A DNA stretch of 11,269 bases from contig JBGSTX010000112.1 of NCBI GenBank assembly GCA_041736305.1, positions 1-11,269 of the forward strand, written 5' to 3'. The translations under genes and the position numbers were made by a program. Source of the DNA: Oligoflexus sp. (GTDB taxonomy: Bacteria > Bdellovibrionota_B > Oligoflexia > Oligoflexales > Oligoflexaceae). The notes under the pieces are model-generated. The model was not told where the DNA came from and made no database searches. It saw only the letters and a program-made list of their open reading frames with translations. This document shows positions 1-8,784 of the stretch, one piece after another (position 1 is the first letter of the stretch; each line of letters opens with the position of its first letter).

Positions 1-1
1 C

Positions 2-724
2 GATTTAGGATTTTCGCCTACCAATCTTGTGCACCTTATTGTGCAAGGTAAGCGCCCTGTGACCGAGAAGGCTGCGGCTAAAATCTCGGACGCCCTCGAC
101 CTCAGGCGCGAAGAAAAGCGTTATTTCCTATCTCTTGCCCAACTTACCCGTGACAAAGAGCCATCCTCAGCGTCAAAAACATTCAGCGCTGCCCTGGACA
201 TCCGCCAAGGGATGCTAGCTTCCCAGCTGAGTGAGGAGGAGCAGGCCTATTTCAGCGAATGGTACCATCCCATCGTCCGCGAGATGATCTTGCTTGAAAA
301 ATTTCAGGAAGATCCTGAATGGATAGCCCAACATATCAGTCCTCCGATCAGTGCGCAGGAGGCTGCGGCTTCGCTCGCGCTTCTGCAAAAACTGGCTTTG
401 ATCTCCCGCGATCCCGCGAGTGGGCGCCTTGTGCAGCGCGAGCAGACTTTGGCGTCTGGTTCTGAGATCCAGGGGGCGATTAAGGATCGTTTCCAGAAGA
501 CTTCTATTTTGCACGGCGTCGAAGCCCTGTCAAAGCTGACACCTGATCAGCGGTTTCTCTCATCTATGGTTCTGTCGGTAACGAAAGAGCAGATGGAGAA
601 GATGCGCCAGGAAATCAAGGTATTTCAGCAAAAGCTGCTCGAGATTGAGCGTGGACGCGGTGACACTGCCCCTGAATGTGTGGTACGGCTCAACCTTCAG
701 ATGTTTCCTTCGTGTTCATTTTGA
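2..724 (+). CDS. TIGR02147 / DUF4423-type putative HTH DNA-binding protein (5'-partial)
   Basis: The frame is open from base 2 (DLGFSPTNLVHLIVQGKRP...), so the true start lies upstream of the window rather than at GTG 29. Recognised family motifs: GFS..N...L...GKR HTH segment, YFSEWYHPIVREM, 'AAASLALLQKLALI' and C-terminal 'RLNLQMFP'. Confidence 0.85.
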   Translation, partial: DLGFSPTNLVHLIVQGKRPVTEKAAAKISDALDLRREEKRYFLSLAQLTRDKEPSSASKTFSAALDIRQGMLASQLSEEEQAYFSEWYHPIVREMILLEKFQEDPEWIAQHISPPISAQEAAASLALLQKLALISRDPASGRLVQREQTLASGSEIQGAIKDRFQKTSILHGVEALSKLTPDQRFLSSMVLSVTKEQMEKMRQEIKVFQQKLLEIERGRGDTAPECVVRLNLQMFPSCSF

Positions 725-745
725 AGTCTAGAGCAGAGGCCGTTC

Positions 746-1363
746 ATGACAAGCGTAATGCCCGAAGTTTTGGCACAGGGTCTGTTTGATTTTTGGTTTG
801 GGACTTTAGAAGCAAACGGATTATCCGCGCCCGAGAAAAGCCAGCGTTGGTTCAAGCTTGATCCAGCTTTTGACAAGCTGCTGGCCAAACACTACGGGGA
901 GTACACCGATCCAGCTCTTATGGGAGCTTTCGATCGCTGGTTGAGCACGGACGTCGGTCTAGTGGCGCTCATTCTTCTCGTCGATCAGATCCCGCGGAAT
1001 ATATACCGTGGGCAGGCTAGGGCTTTTTACTACGATCAAAAAGCCCTTTCACTTGCACTGGATGCGAGAGCACGGGGTAGGACAGGAAGCTTGGCAGCGA
1101 TGCATGCAGTTTTTGCCTTAATGCCGCTGATGCATGCTGAAGATCTGCTTATTCAGAACCAAAGCCTTGAAGCTTTCACAGAACTCCAGGCTCTTCATGC
1201 TCATACTCCTCTAGGCGATCAGCTCAGCCAGAACGTGGCCGAAGCGCTGCGTCATCGAGACATTATCAAGCGTTTTGGTCGTTTCCCGACTCGCAATGAA
1301 GCTCTGAATAGGGTCTCAACGGCCGACGAAATTGTATTTCTGGGCGAAGCTTCACCTCACTGA
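746..1363 (+). CDS. DUF924 family protein
   Basis: Motifs DFWFG, RWF...FD, ILLVDQIPRNIYRG..RAF..D, MPLMHAEDL..Q and HRDIIKRFGRFPTRN..LNR.ST..E. GAGG at 736-739 precedes ATG 746. Confidence 0.93.
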   Translation: MTSVMPEVLAQGLFDFWFGTLEANGLSAPEKSQRWFKLDPAFDKLLAKHYGEYTDPALMGAFDRWLSTDVGLVALILLVDQIPRNIYRGQARAFYYDQKALSLALDARARGRTGSLAAMHAVFALMPLMHAEDLLIQNQSLEAFTELQALHAHTPLGDQLSQNVAEALRHRDIIKRFGRFPTRNEALNRVSTADEIVFLGEASPH

Positions 1364-1465
1364 ATCCTTCTTGCCGAAGCCTTTGCCCCCCAATGCTTTC
1401 CCTTGAAATTTATTTTACAGCGGGGCGCTCCTAGCCCTTTCCAAATGGCTCGTGGATGTTTACTC

Positions 1466-1511
1466 TATAAATGACTGAAAAACATTTCTGGTCACTCGGT
1501 CATGTAGGTCA
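1466..1511 (+). promoter_or_regulatory. Putative -10 element and TetR operator region
   Basis: TATAAA at 1466-1471; TGACT at 1472-1476 is in imperfect inverted orientation to GGTCA at 1490-1494, with further GGTCA copies at 1498-1502 and 1507-1511, directly upstream of the tetR gene. Confidence 0.5.
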
Positions 1512-1533
1512 AAAATGCTTGGTTATCTCTTTG

Positions 1534-2121
1534 ATGAATGAAAAGCAGGAACGAATTCTCGAGGCGGCGGAAAAACTCTTCGCCCGCTATGGGCATCGGA
1601 AGACTTCTATCGATGAGATTGCGCAGCAGGCTGGTCTTGGTAAAGGAACGATTTACCTTTATTTTCGCAGCAAAGACGAGCTCTACCTGGCCATAGTTAG
1701 AAGATTTGGAACAGCTCTTATGCAAGCCATGCGCGAGGCTGCAGCATCTGTCGAAGGTCCTGCGGAGAAACTGCGCCAGCTGCTGGTGACGAGGCTGCGC
1801 TTTCCGGAAGAGCACCTCGCGGAGAACATGTATACAGCGGAGTCGATGCGGGACTTTGAAGAAAGCGAACACAGTGCGCTTTTGGCGCCGCTTATGCGTG
1901 AATTCCGCGACATTGAAGTTCGGATGATCGAGGAGATCGTTCGCCTGGGAGTCACCGCAGGCTTGTTTGCGACCGGCAATGCGCGGATTACCGCTTACGC
2001 GATCTACGCTAGCTTGCACTCCTGTGGTCGGCCATGGCCTGCGGACGAAGAGCTGAAGCTGGAAGGCAAAGTCGATGTGCTCTTCGAGCTCTACCTGCAC
2101 GGCTTGATGAAGCGTGGCTGA
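1534..2121 (+). CDS. TetR/AcrR family transcriptional regulator
   Basis: N-terminal HTH 'ILEAAEKLFARYGHRKTSIDEIAQQAGLGKGTIYLYFRSKDELY'. ATG 1534 (MNEKQERIL) is preferred over ATG 1471 because the extension overlaps the putative operator and the HTH normally sits at the N-terminus. No clear SD, so the start is uncertain. Confidence 0.93.
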   Translation: MNEKQERILEAAEKLFARYGHRKTSIDEIAQQAGLGKGTIYLYFRSKDELYLAIVRRFGTALMQAMREAAASVEGPAEKLRQLLVTRLRFPEEHLAENMYTAESMRDFEESEHSALLAPLMREFRDIEVRMIEEIVRLGVTAGLFATGNARITAYAIYASLHSCGRPWPADEELKLEGKVDVLFELYLHGLMKRG

Positions 2122-2166
2122 GAAACTACTCATTTATTTGCTATCTAGACCAAGGAGCAGAAAGAT

Positions 2167-3507
2167 ATGGATCAAATGTCGATAGGGTCGGAATCAAAGC
2201 GCCTTTGGGCTGTGCTTTGTCTGAGCGCAGCTCTCGGCTCCACGGGGGCCCTAGGAGCTCCCTTGTCTCTCAAGGATGCTATCGATAGAGGATTGAATCG
2301 CTCGCCTAATGTCTCGCGGGCCGAAGCCGAGTATCAGGCTGCGGTCGAGCGCAAGCGCGGCGCCTGGTCCAACATCGGACCTAAAGTAACGGCGACCTAC
2401 AACGAGGCCCGCTTTGGCGAGCAGCAGACGGCTGCTCTGCCTGGCGCCAACGGAGCTGAACCCACCAGTTTTGTTATCCGGGACGATGTGACTAAAAACG
2501 GTAGTCTGACCGTCACCCAGCCTATCACCGGTCTCTATGGAATTATTGAGTTCGGACGCTATAACAGTCTCGCCAGCGAGCAGTCTGGTGAAGGCTTGAA
2601 AAAAGCCCGCAGCGACGCTGCTTACGGCGCTGCTGAAGCCTATCTGCAAGCCTATCAGGCGCAAGAGCAGCAGGTGATTTCGGAGGCTTCTATCGCAGCA
2701 GCTCGCAGCGCGTTTCAGGATGCTCAGGCTTTGCAGCGCGTTGGTCGACTCAATCAGGGTGATCTGCTCAAATTTCAGCTGGCGCTCAGTCAGTCTGAGG
2801 CTCGCGCAGCGCAGGCTCGCGCCGCCAAGCAGATCTCGCTCGCCGGCCTGATGATGGCTATCCAGGCGGCTCCCGGTGAACAGATCGAACTCGAAAAAGA
2901 GCTCCCTAAGCCTACAGATCCCGGCGCTGATATCGAGCAGGGCGTAGAGAAAGCCAAGGGTCGGCCCGAGCTTCGCCAAGCTGAACTTCAAGCTGAGATA
3001 GCGACTTATAGCAAGAAATTAGCTTATGCCAAGCTGATTCCAAGCGTTAACGCCTTCTACAAGCACGATAGAAACTTCGGTGAGCTCACTGGTTTCGGTG
3101 GTGAAAAAGACACCAAGTACGTAGGCCTCAGCGTGCAGTGGGATATTTGGAACAACGGCAGTTCCATTTTCGAAATCCGCGAGGCTGTAGCCTTGAGTGG
3201 TCAAGCACAAGCTGCCCTCACGTCGGCTCGCGATGCGATCCGTCTCGATGTGATTCAGGCGAATGAAAACTATATGGCTGCTAAAGAATCGATGGTTTTG
3301 GCGACCAGCGCTGTCGCTCAGGCCGAAGAAGCCTATAGAATAGATCAAACGCGCTTTAAGAACGGTCAGCTTTCGGCCACCGATTTGATTCAATCGGAGA
3401 CTGCGAAGTCGAATGCCCAGGGTCAGCTGGTAGCCGCGCAAACCCAGCTTATGACCTGGCTCTTTCGCCTGCAGAAAGCCACTGGACTGAATCAACCTAC
3501 GTTGTGA
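2167..3507 (+). CDS. TolC family outer membrane efflux protein
   Basis: Signal peptide (RLWAVLCLSAALGSTGALG/AP), 'LSLKDAIDRGLNRSP', two OEP repeats (P-x-V strand starts; 'RVGRLNQGDLL' and 'RFKNGQLSATDLI'), C-terminal 'LQKATG'. SD AAGGAG at 2152-2157. Confidence 0.95.
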   Translation: MDQMSIGSESKRLWAVLCLSAALGSTGALGAPLSLKDAIDRGLNRSPNVSRAEAEYQAAVERKRGAWSNIGPKVTATYNEARFGEQQTAALPGANGAEPTSFVIRDDVTKNGSLTVTQPITGLYGIIEFGRYNSLASEQSGEGLKKARSDAAYGAAEAYLQAYQAQEQQVISEASIAAARSAFQDAQALQRVGRLNQGDLLKFQLALSQSEARAAQARAAKQISLAGLMMAIQAAPGEQIELEKELPKPTDPGADIEQGVEKAKGRPELRQAELQAEIATYSKKLAYAKLIPSVNAFYKHDRNFGELTGFGGEKDTKYVGLSVQWDIWNNGSSIFEIREAVALSGQAQAALTSARDAIRLDVIQANENYMAAKESMVLATSAVAQAEEAYRIDQTRFKNGQLSATDLIQSETAKSNAQGQLVAAQTQLMTWLFRLQKATGLNQPTL

Positions 3508-3539
3508 AATCACGTCTTCTTGAAAGGAGAGTCTAGTAT

Positions 3540-4484
3540 ATGGACCGAACGAGCGTGAATATCGCCCTGTCCCTCAGTCTCAGTGCTCTGACTCTGAGTA
3601 TGAGTGCCTGCACTAAAAACAAAGATGAGAAGGTCGCCCTTCCCGAAAAACCAGTCGTCAGCGAAGTGGGCAGCTCAGCGGGCGCTCAGGAGCAGACAGC
3701 GGCTGCCCCCGCGGCGGCTGATGCGGTGCCTGCTACGAGCGGTGAGCCTCTTGCTCCAGCCCCTGCTCCAAAAGCAGCCGAGCAGAGCGTGCAAACGCGT
3801 CTCTCGGGTGAAGTATCCTCGCAGCGCAAGACGAACTTGGCGTTCCGCGTGACTGGTTTTGTCGCTGAAATCAGGGCGAAACCAGGCGATGCTTGTAAAA
3901 AAGGTGACGTCTTGGCAACCCTCGACGCCAGGGATTATAAGCTATCTGCAGACATGGCTCGCTCCCAGAAGGAGATGGCCCAGGTCGCTCTCACCAACGC
4001 CAAGAGCGAGTTTGGGCGCGAAGAGGAACTCCGTCGGCAGAAGGTCTCTACCGAGGCTATGTACGATAAGCTCAAGGCCGGTTTTGACAAAGCCAGACTC
4101 GATCTTCAGTTAGCCGAACTCAATCTGACTAAAGCCGAGCAGGCTCTATCAGATACGAAGCTCACGGCTCCCTACGATTGTGTAGTGAGTAAGCAGCTGA
4201 AGTATACGGGCGAGAACGTTCAGTCGGGAAATGCTGTCTTTGAAATTTACGACACGACCGATATCGAACTCAATTTTTCAGTTCCTGAAAGAATGGCCGG
4301 CAAGCTCAAAGTCGGCGACAATCTGCAGATATCAATTCCAGCTACCGGCTTTTCGGGCGAAGTCGCCATCATTCGCCTGGTGCCTGTGGTCGAAGAGAGC
4401 AGCCGTACCTTTAAAGTCATTACGCGGGCGCCTGATGACCAGCGTATAGTTCCCGGTCTTTACGCGGAAGCGACACTGCGCTAG
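3540..4484 (+). CDS. RND efflux periplasmic adaptor (membrane fusion protein), predicted lipoprotein
   Basis: Lipobox LSMSA-C; lipoyl halves 'LAFRVTGFVAEIRAKPGDACKKGDVLATLD' and 'LTAPYDCVV'; coiled-coil hairpin between them; 'PVVEESSRTFKV...VPGLYA'. SD AAAGGAG near 3523-3529. Confidence 0.95.
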   Translation: MDRTSVNIALSLSLSALTLSMSACTKNKDEKVALPEKPVVSEVGSSAGAQEQTAAAPAAADAVPATSGEPLAPAPAPKAAEQSVQTRLSGEVSSQRKTNLAFRVTGFVAEIRAKPGDACKKGDVLATLDARDYKLSADMARSQKEMAQVALTNAKSEFGREEELRRQKVSTEAMYDKLKAGFDKARLDLQLAELNLTKAEQALSDTKLTAPYDCVVSKQLKYTGENVQSGNAVFEIYDTTDIELNFSVPERMAGKLKVGDNLQISIPATGFSGEVAIIRLVPVVEESSRTFKVITRAPDDQRIVPGLYAEATLR

Positions 4485-4516
4485 GCAGTGCCCCCTCAAT
4501 CGTCGGAGATTCGAGT

Positions 4517-7500
4517 ATGATACTTGCCGATATTTCCATTAAGCGACCCGTGTTCGCTACCATGCTCAATCTGGTGCTGGTGGTCTTTGGTCTCTTTGCC
4601 CTGCCGCGCCTGGCGGTTGACCAGTTTCCTGACGTCGATTTTCCCGTAGTTACGGCGACCGTGGTCTACCCTGGTGCCGACCCTGAGACTGTCGAGCAGC
4701 GCATTCTCGATCCTTTAGAAGAAGCGGTAAACGGTATCGCGGGTCTCGACAAGGTTTCGTCGAATGCCTACCCGAACATTGCGCAGATCATTCTGCAGTT
4801 CAAGCTGGACAAGAACTCGGATCAGGCTTCTCAAGAAGTCCGCGACAAGATCTTCGCCAAGCTCTCGAGTCTGCCGGATGAGGCCGAGACGCCGATTATC
4901 CAGAAATTTGACATCGGTGGCGCCCCGATTCTTAACATCGCCGTCACCAACAAGAATATTTCCTACGGTCAGCTCTCCCAGCTGGTCAAGGATACAATTC
5001 AGCCCGAGCTAGAGCGCGTGGCGGGTGTTGCTGCGGTCAATCCCGCGGGTGTGCGCGAGCGTGAGATTCACGTTCTCGTCGACCGGGATCGGATCGCCAG
5101 CTTTGGTTTGACGCCTCAGGATCTGGTCCAGACTATTCAGGCGCAGAGCGTCGACGTTCCGGCTGGTAAGCTGCAGAACGCTCAGAACACCTGGAACCTT
5201 CGCCTCAAAGGTAGGGCAGCAGGCGCGTCCGAGATTGCGAATCTCCCCGTCCTCAACGGCGGAAGCGGCAGTAGCAGTCTTCGACTCGGCGACGTAGCCA
5301 GCGTTGAGGACACTATCGCGGATGAAACCTCGGCGGCTTTCGTGGGCTTTACGCCGACTATCCTCCTCGCGGTGCAGAAGCAGTCTGGCGCTAACACGCC
5401 TCAGGTGGCTGATGATTCGCGTAAGATCATCGAGCGCCTGAAGACACAGCTGCCCGAAGGTACAGTCATCGAAATCGTGAGCGACAACTCCAAGTATATC
5501 AAGGGCTCGATCGATGCCGTGAAGCTCGACTTGGTCCTCGGTGCTTTCTTGGCTATCGTGATCGTTTTCATCTTTCTCCGCGACTGGCGCATTACCCTCA
5601 TCAGTGCGATTGCGCTGCCGATTTCGGTTATCGCGACCTTCGCCTTCCTCAAGTACATGAACTTTACTCTCAATATGATGAGTACCCTCGGTCTGTCCCT
5701 GGCTATTGGTATCCTCATCGATGATGCGATTATAGTGATTGAGAACATTCACCGACATCTCTCTATGGGTAAATCAGGAGTACAGGCCGCTCACGATGCC
5801 ACCTCAGAAATCGGTCTGGCGGTTTTTGCAACCACTCTGACGATCTGCGCGGTGTTTGTGCCGGTTGCCTTTATGGAAGGTATCGTCGGTCGCTTCTTCT
5901 ACCAGTTCGGTCTTACGGTCGCCTTTGCGGTAGCGGTGTCCCTTTTCTGCGCTTTCACCGTCGCACCTATGCTGTCGGCGAGAATGCTGAAGCCTGGTGA
6001 GCATGCCCCGAAGCAGCCGCTCTTGCGGAAAGCCTTCTATGCCCTCGAACATTTTTTCGTTGGCATGGATAATACCTATCGCCACATTCTCGACTGGTGT
6101 CTCAACCATCGGCTGCTGACGCTCATAGGTGGTTTTCTGGTCTTCGTTCTCAGTATCGTGCTGCTGCGCTTTGTGCCGGTATCTTTCTTCCCCAAAGAAG
6201 ACCGTTCACAGATCGTCGTCAACTACACGCTGCCTGAAGGAACAAGTCTGGAAGGCAACAAGACCAAGACTTTCGAGCTCATCGGCGTACTCCAGAAGTA
6301 TCCGGGAGTCGACAAGGTGGTCTCGGCTTTGGCCGCTAGCGGTGACCAGAAGGTCAACAAGGCGCGCATCGAGGTCCTTCTCATCAATAAAGACGAGCGG
6401 GATTTCAGCCAGCAGGATCTTATGAACCGGATGCGTACTGAACTGGCGCCACTCTTTAACGTCAACGGTGCCGAATTTTCCGTGACGGAGCAGGCTGGTG
6501 CCGGCGGTGGTCGAACGGAGCCTATTCAGTTTATTTTCAAGTCGGATAACTGGGAAAGCCTGGTGGCTTTTACCGCGAAGGTCGCTGACTTTACGCGCAA
6601 AAATGTCGAAGGTGCCGTCGACGTCACCACGACCAAACCCAATCCAGCTAAAGAGTACAGAGTCGTGATCGATCAGGGCCGAGCGGCTGACCTCAACGTC
6701 AGTGCAGGACAGATCGGTGCAGGTCTGCGGGCTCTCTTCGAAGGCGACAAGGTCGGGGACATCGTCTCTGATAACAAGACGATCGACATCCGTATGCGTA
6801 TCGCGGATAAAGACCGTCTCGATGCCCAGAGTCTGAGCGGCCTCAATGTCCGAAATACTAAAGGCCAGATCGTCAGTCTGGGTTCGATTGCGGAAGTGAC
6901 CACGGCTGAAGCTCCAGCGGTCATCGAGCGTTTCGACCGCCAGCGGCAGATCACAGTTGTCGCTAACTTCACCGGAAAAGATTTGAACAAGGCCTCGGGT
7001 CAGATTCAGGATTTCATCGAAAAGAATATTCCGCCTGAAGTCACCATGCAGCTCGCCGGCCAGACCGAAACCATGCGCGACGCGATTGGGGCCATGTTAC
7101 GGGCGCTCTTGATCGCGATCCTTCTGGTCTTCATGATTCTCTGTGCCCAGTACGAAAGCTACCTAGCACCGCTGGTGATCATGGCCGCGCTACCGCTCTC
7201 TCTCACAGGTGCCTTCGGTTCCTTGCTCCTCACCGGACAGGTGATGTCGATCTATACGATGATCGGTATTATCCTTCTGATGGGTCTGGTAACGAAGAAC
7301 GGTATTCTTCTGATCGACTTTACGGTGCAGAAGATGAAAGAAGGGCTGCCGACTCGCGAGGCCTTGATGGAAGCGGGTCCTATCCGTTTGCGTCCCATCC
7401 TCATGACCACCTTCGCTGCGGGTGGTGGTATGGTTCCGATTGCGCTCGGTCATGGTGAAGGTGGTGAAGCGCGTTCGCCCATGGGAGTTGCCGTTATCGG

Positions 7501-7675
7501 TGGTCTTCTGATGTCGACCTTCCTCACTCTGGTCGTTGTACCCTGTGCTTTCAGTGTGGTCGAAGAAATGAAGGAGAGACTTGCAAAACGAAAAGCTGCC
7601 CAAGGTCTGACGGGTGAAGCACCCTTTCTCTTCGGCGCTTTCAGCTGGCTAAGGACTTTCCGTCGTCACCGCTGA
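4517..7675 (+). CDS. RND efflux permease, AcrB/AcrD/AcrF (HAE1-type) family
   Basis: 1052 aa with 'SIKRPVFA' N-terminus and intact proton-relay motifs GILIDDAIIVIENI (TM4 Asp pair), GLVTKNGILLIDF (TM10 Lys) and RLRPILMTT (TM11). GGAG at 4506-4509. Confidence 0.97.
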   Translation: MILADISIKRPVFATMLNLVLVVFGLFALPRLAVDQFPDVDFPVVTATVVYPGADPETVEQRILDPLEEAVNGIAGLDKVSSNAYPNIAQIILQFKLDKNSDQASQEVRDKIFAKLSSLPDEAETPIIQKFDIGGAPILNIAVTNKNISYGQLSQLVKDTIQPELERVAGVAAVNPAGVREREIHVLVDRDRIASFGLTPQDLVQTIQAQSVDVPAGKLQNAQNTWNLRLKGRAAGASEIANLPVLNGGSGSSSLRLGDVASVEDTIADETSAAFVGFTPTILLAVQKQSGANTPQVADDSRKIIERLKTQLPEGTVIEIVSDNSKYIKGSIDAVKLDLVLGAFLAIVIVFIFLRDWRITLISAIALPISVIATFAFLKYMNFTLNMMSTLGLSLAIGILIDDAIIVIENIHRHLSMGKSGVQAAHDATSEIGLAVFATTLTICAVFVPVAFMEGIVGRFFYQFGLTVAFAVAVSLFCAFTVAPMLSARMLKPGEHAPKQPLLRKAFYALEHFFVGMDNTYRHILDWCLNHRLLTLIGGFLVFVLSIVLLRFVPVSFFPKEDRSQIVVNYTLPEGTSLEGNKTKTFELIGVLQKYPGVDKVVSALAASGDQKVNKARIEVLLINKDERDFSQQDLMNRMRTELAPLFNVNGAEFSVTEQAGAGGGRTEPIQFIFKSDNWESLVAFTAKVADFTRKNVEGAVDVTTTKPNPAKEYRVVIDQGRAADLNVSAGQIGAGLRALFEGDKVGDIVSDNKTIDIRMRIADKDRLDAQSLSGLNVRNTKGQIVSLGSIAEVTTAEAPAVIERFDRQRQITVVANFTGKDLNKASGQIQDFIEKNIPPEVTMQLAGQTETMRDAIGAMLRALLIAILLVFMILCAQYESYLAPLVIMAALPLSLTGAFGSLLLTGQVMSIYTMIGIILLMGLVTKNGILLIDFTVQKMKEGLPTREALMEAGPIRLRPILMTTFAAGGGMVPIALGHGEGGEARSPMGVAVIGGLLMSTFLTLVVVPCAFSVVEEMKERLAKRKAAQGLTGEAPFLFGAFSWLRTFRRHR

Positions 7676-7699
7676 TCGCAAGTACCATTAAGAACAGCT

Positions 7700-7729
7700 G
7701 ACCAGGCCTTAGAGCCTGGTCTTTTTTTT
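7700..7729 (+). terminator. Rho-independent terminator of the efflux operon
   Basis: Perfect 8-bp stem GACCAGGC (7700-7707) / GCCTGGTC (7714-7721), 6-nt loop CTTAGA, then T8 (7722-7729); starts 25 nt after the permease stop. The T-tract overlaps the stop codon of the convergent USP gene. Confidence 0.9.
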
Positions 7730-8729
7730 AAAGGGCGCTTCCCGCATAGCTAGGATCGGGGACGACGAGGGTAGCTACGTTCCGCTCGACCATGGCTTGG
7801 TAGGGGACCTTGCCGAGCGAGAAGCCTTTCGGACGGAAGAAATGGTGCTTGCCGAAGACTAGGATGCTGGCGTGTGTTTCTTCTACTGTGCGATGCAGGA
7901 CTTCAGCCGGCTGACCAAATTTAACGACAGCCCGATAGTTGGTTCCCTGGGCGAATTCGGGATCAGCTTCATGGAGACGCTGCCGGAGACGCATGAGGAG
8001 TTCGCTGTTTAGGCGTTCGATGTAGAGGTCGCTGCTGAAATCGGGATCGCTGGGGAAACGTCCTTCGAGCATGGCGACTTTGATTTTGGACACCATGCCA
8101 TGGATTTCTCTGAAGCTCATGGGATTGACGTGCAGATGGACAAGCTCCTGCGTGTCGATAGATTTACAGAAACCCATCGCAGCTTTGAGGGCATAGAAAC
8201 CCTCGCTCTTCAAGTTGTCGGCCACGAGGCAGATATGCTTGTCATCGGTGAAGTCGATGCGCGTTCCGATAGGCACCGTCATCAGCGGAATGCTCGCGTG
8301 TCGCATAAGCGATAAGGCCGTCGACATCCCGCGGAGAAGAGTCTGGTGCTTTTCGATGCGATAACCGCAAAGGATCATCTGCGCATGGCTCTCCTGAGCC
8401 ACCGATTCGAGAGCATCTTCCGGAAAGTCGCGAAAGACTTCTGTCTCGACCACGACGTCGGAAGGCATGTTTTCTCGAATGGCTTCTATCTTGGCTTCAG
8501 CCAGCTTAAGATCGTTGTCGTAGGTCTCACGTTCGAGTTCTTCGTAGGGCAGAGTGAAACCTTCGCCCGCGAGCGAGTAAGAACGAAATGGTGGTGCAGC
8601 ATGCACCAGAATCAAGCGGGCCCCTGTGCGCTGGGCCATAGTAACAGCAGTATCGATGAGACTCTTTTCATCGTCGGTCAGATCCAAACCAACGACCAAG
8701 GTAGTTTCCGGACTGAATAGCTCGAGCAT
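7728..8729 (-). CDS. Universal stress protein, two tandem Usp domains
   Basis: Domain 1: 'TLVVGLDLT...A..MAQRTGARLILVHA...FPEDAL...MILCG...LMRHASIPLMTVP'. Domain 2: 'CLVADNL...ELVHLHV...FGQPAEVL...ILVFG...LGKV...ATLVVP'. SD GGGAGGG on the minus strand before the ATG. Confidence 0.9.
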   Translation of the reverse strand: MLELFSPETTLVVGLDLTDDEKSLIDTAVTMAQRTGARLILVHAAPPFRSYSLAGEGFTLPYEELERETYDNDLKLAEAKIEAIRENMPSDVVVETEVFRDFPEDALESVAQESHAQMILCGYRIEKHQTLLRGMSTALSLMRHASIPLMTVPIGTRIDFTDDKHICLVADNLKSEGFYALKAAMGFCKSIDTQELVHLHVNPMSFREIHGMVSKIKVAMLEGRFPSDPDFSSDLYIERLNSELLMRLRQRLHEADPEFAQGTNYRAVVKFGQPAEVLHRTVEETHASILVFGKHHFFRPKGFSLGKVPYQAMVERNVATLVVPDPSYAGSAL

Positions 8730-8767
8730 ACAGATCCCTCCCTATCGCGATGTGACATGTGCCTGAC

Positions 8768-8784
8768 TTGCAAAGATTCTGCCA
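8768..8784 (-). promoter_or_regulatory. Sigma-54 (-24/-12) promoter for the USP gene
   Basis: Minus strand reads TGGCAGAATCTTTGCAA, i.e. GG-N10-GC, one mismatch to TGGCAC-N5-TTGCW; about 40 nt upstream of the USP start codon, correctly oriented. Confidence 0.72.

Noticed and set aside
1422..1440. GGGGC/GCCCT hairpin followed by a few Ts after DUF924
   Set aside because: The stem is only about 5 bp and the T-tract is short; too weak to call a terminator.
1492..7603. Long antisense and alternate-frame ORFs (e.g. 1492-2133, 2251-2991, 3019-3513, 5009-5758, 7190-7603)
   Set aside because: They lie within well-supported genes, have no recognisable motifs, and are expected shadows of codon bias.
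4517..7675. Heavy-metal (CzcA/CusA) assignment or a specific symbol such as acrB/mdtB for the permease
   Set aside because: TM4 reads GILIDDA (HAE1-like), not the DFG...D pattern of CzcA-type pumps; orthology and substrate cannot be determined by eye.
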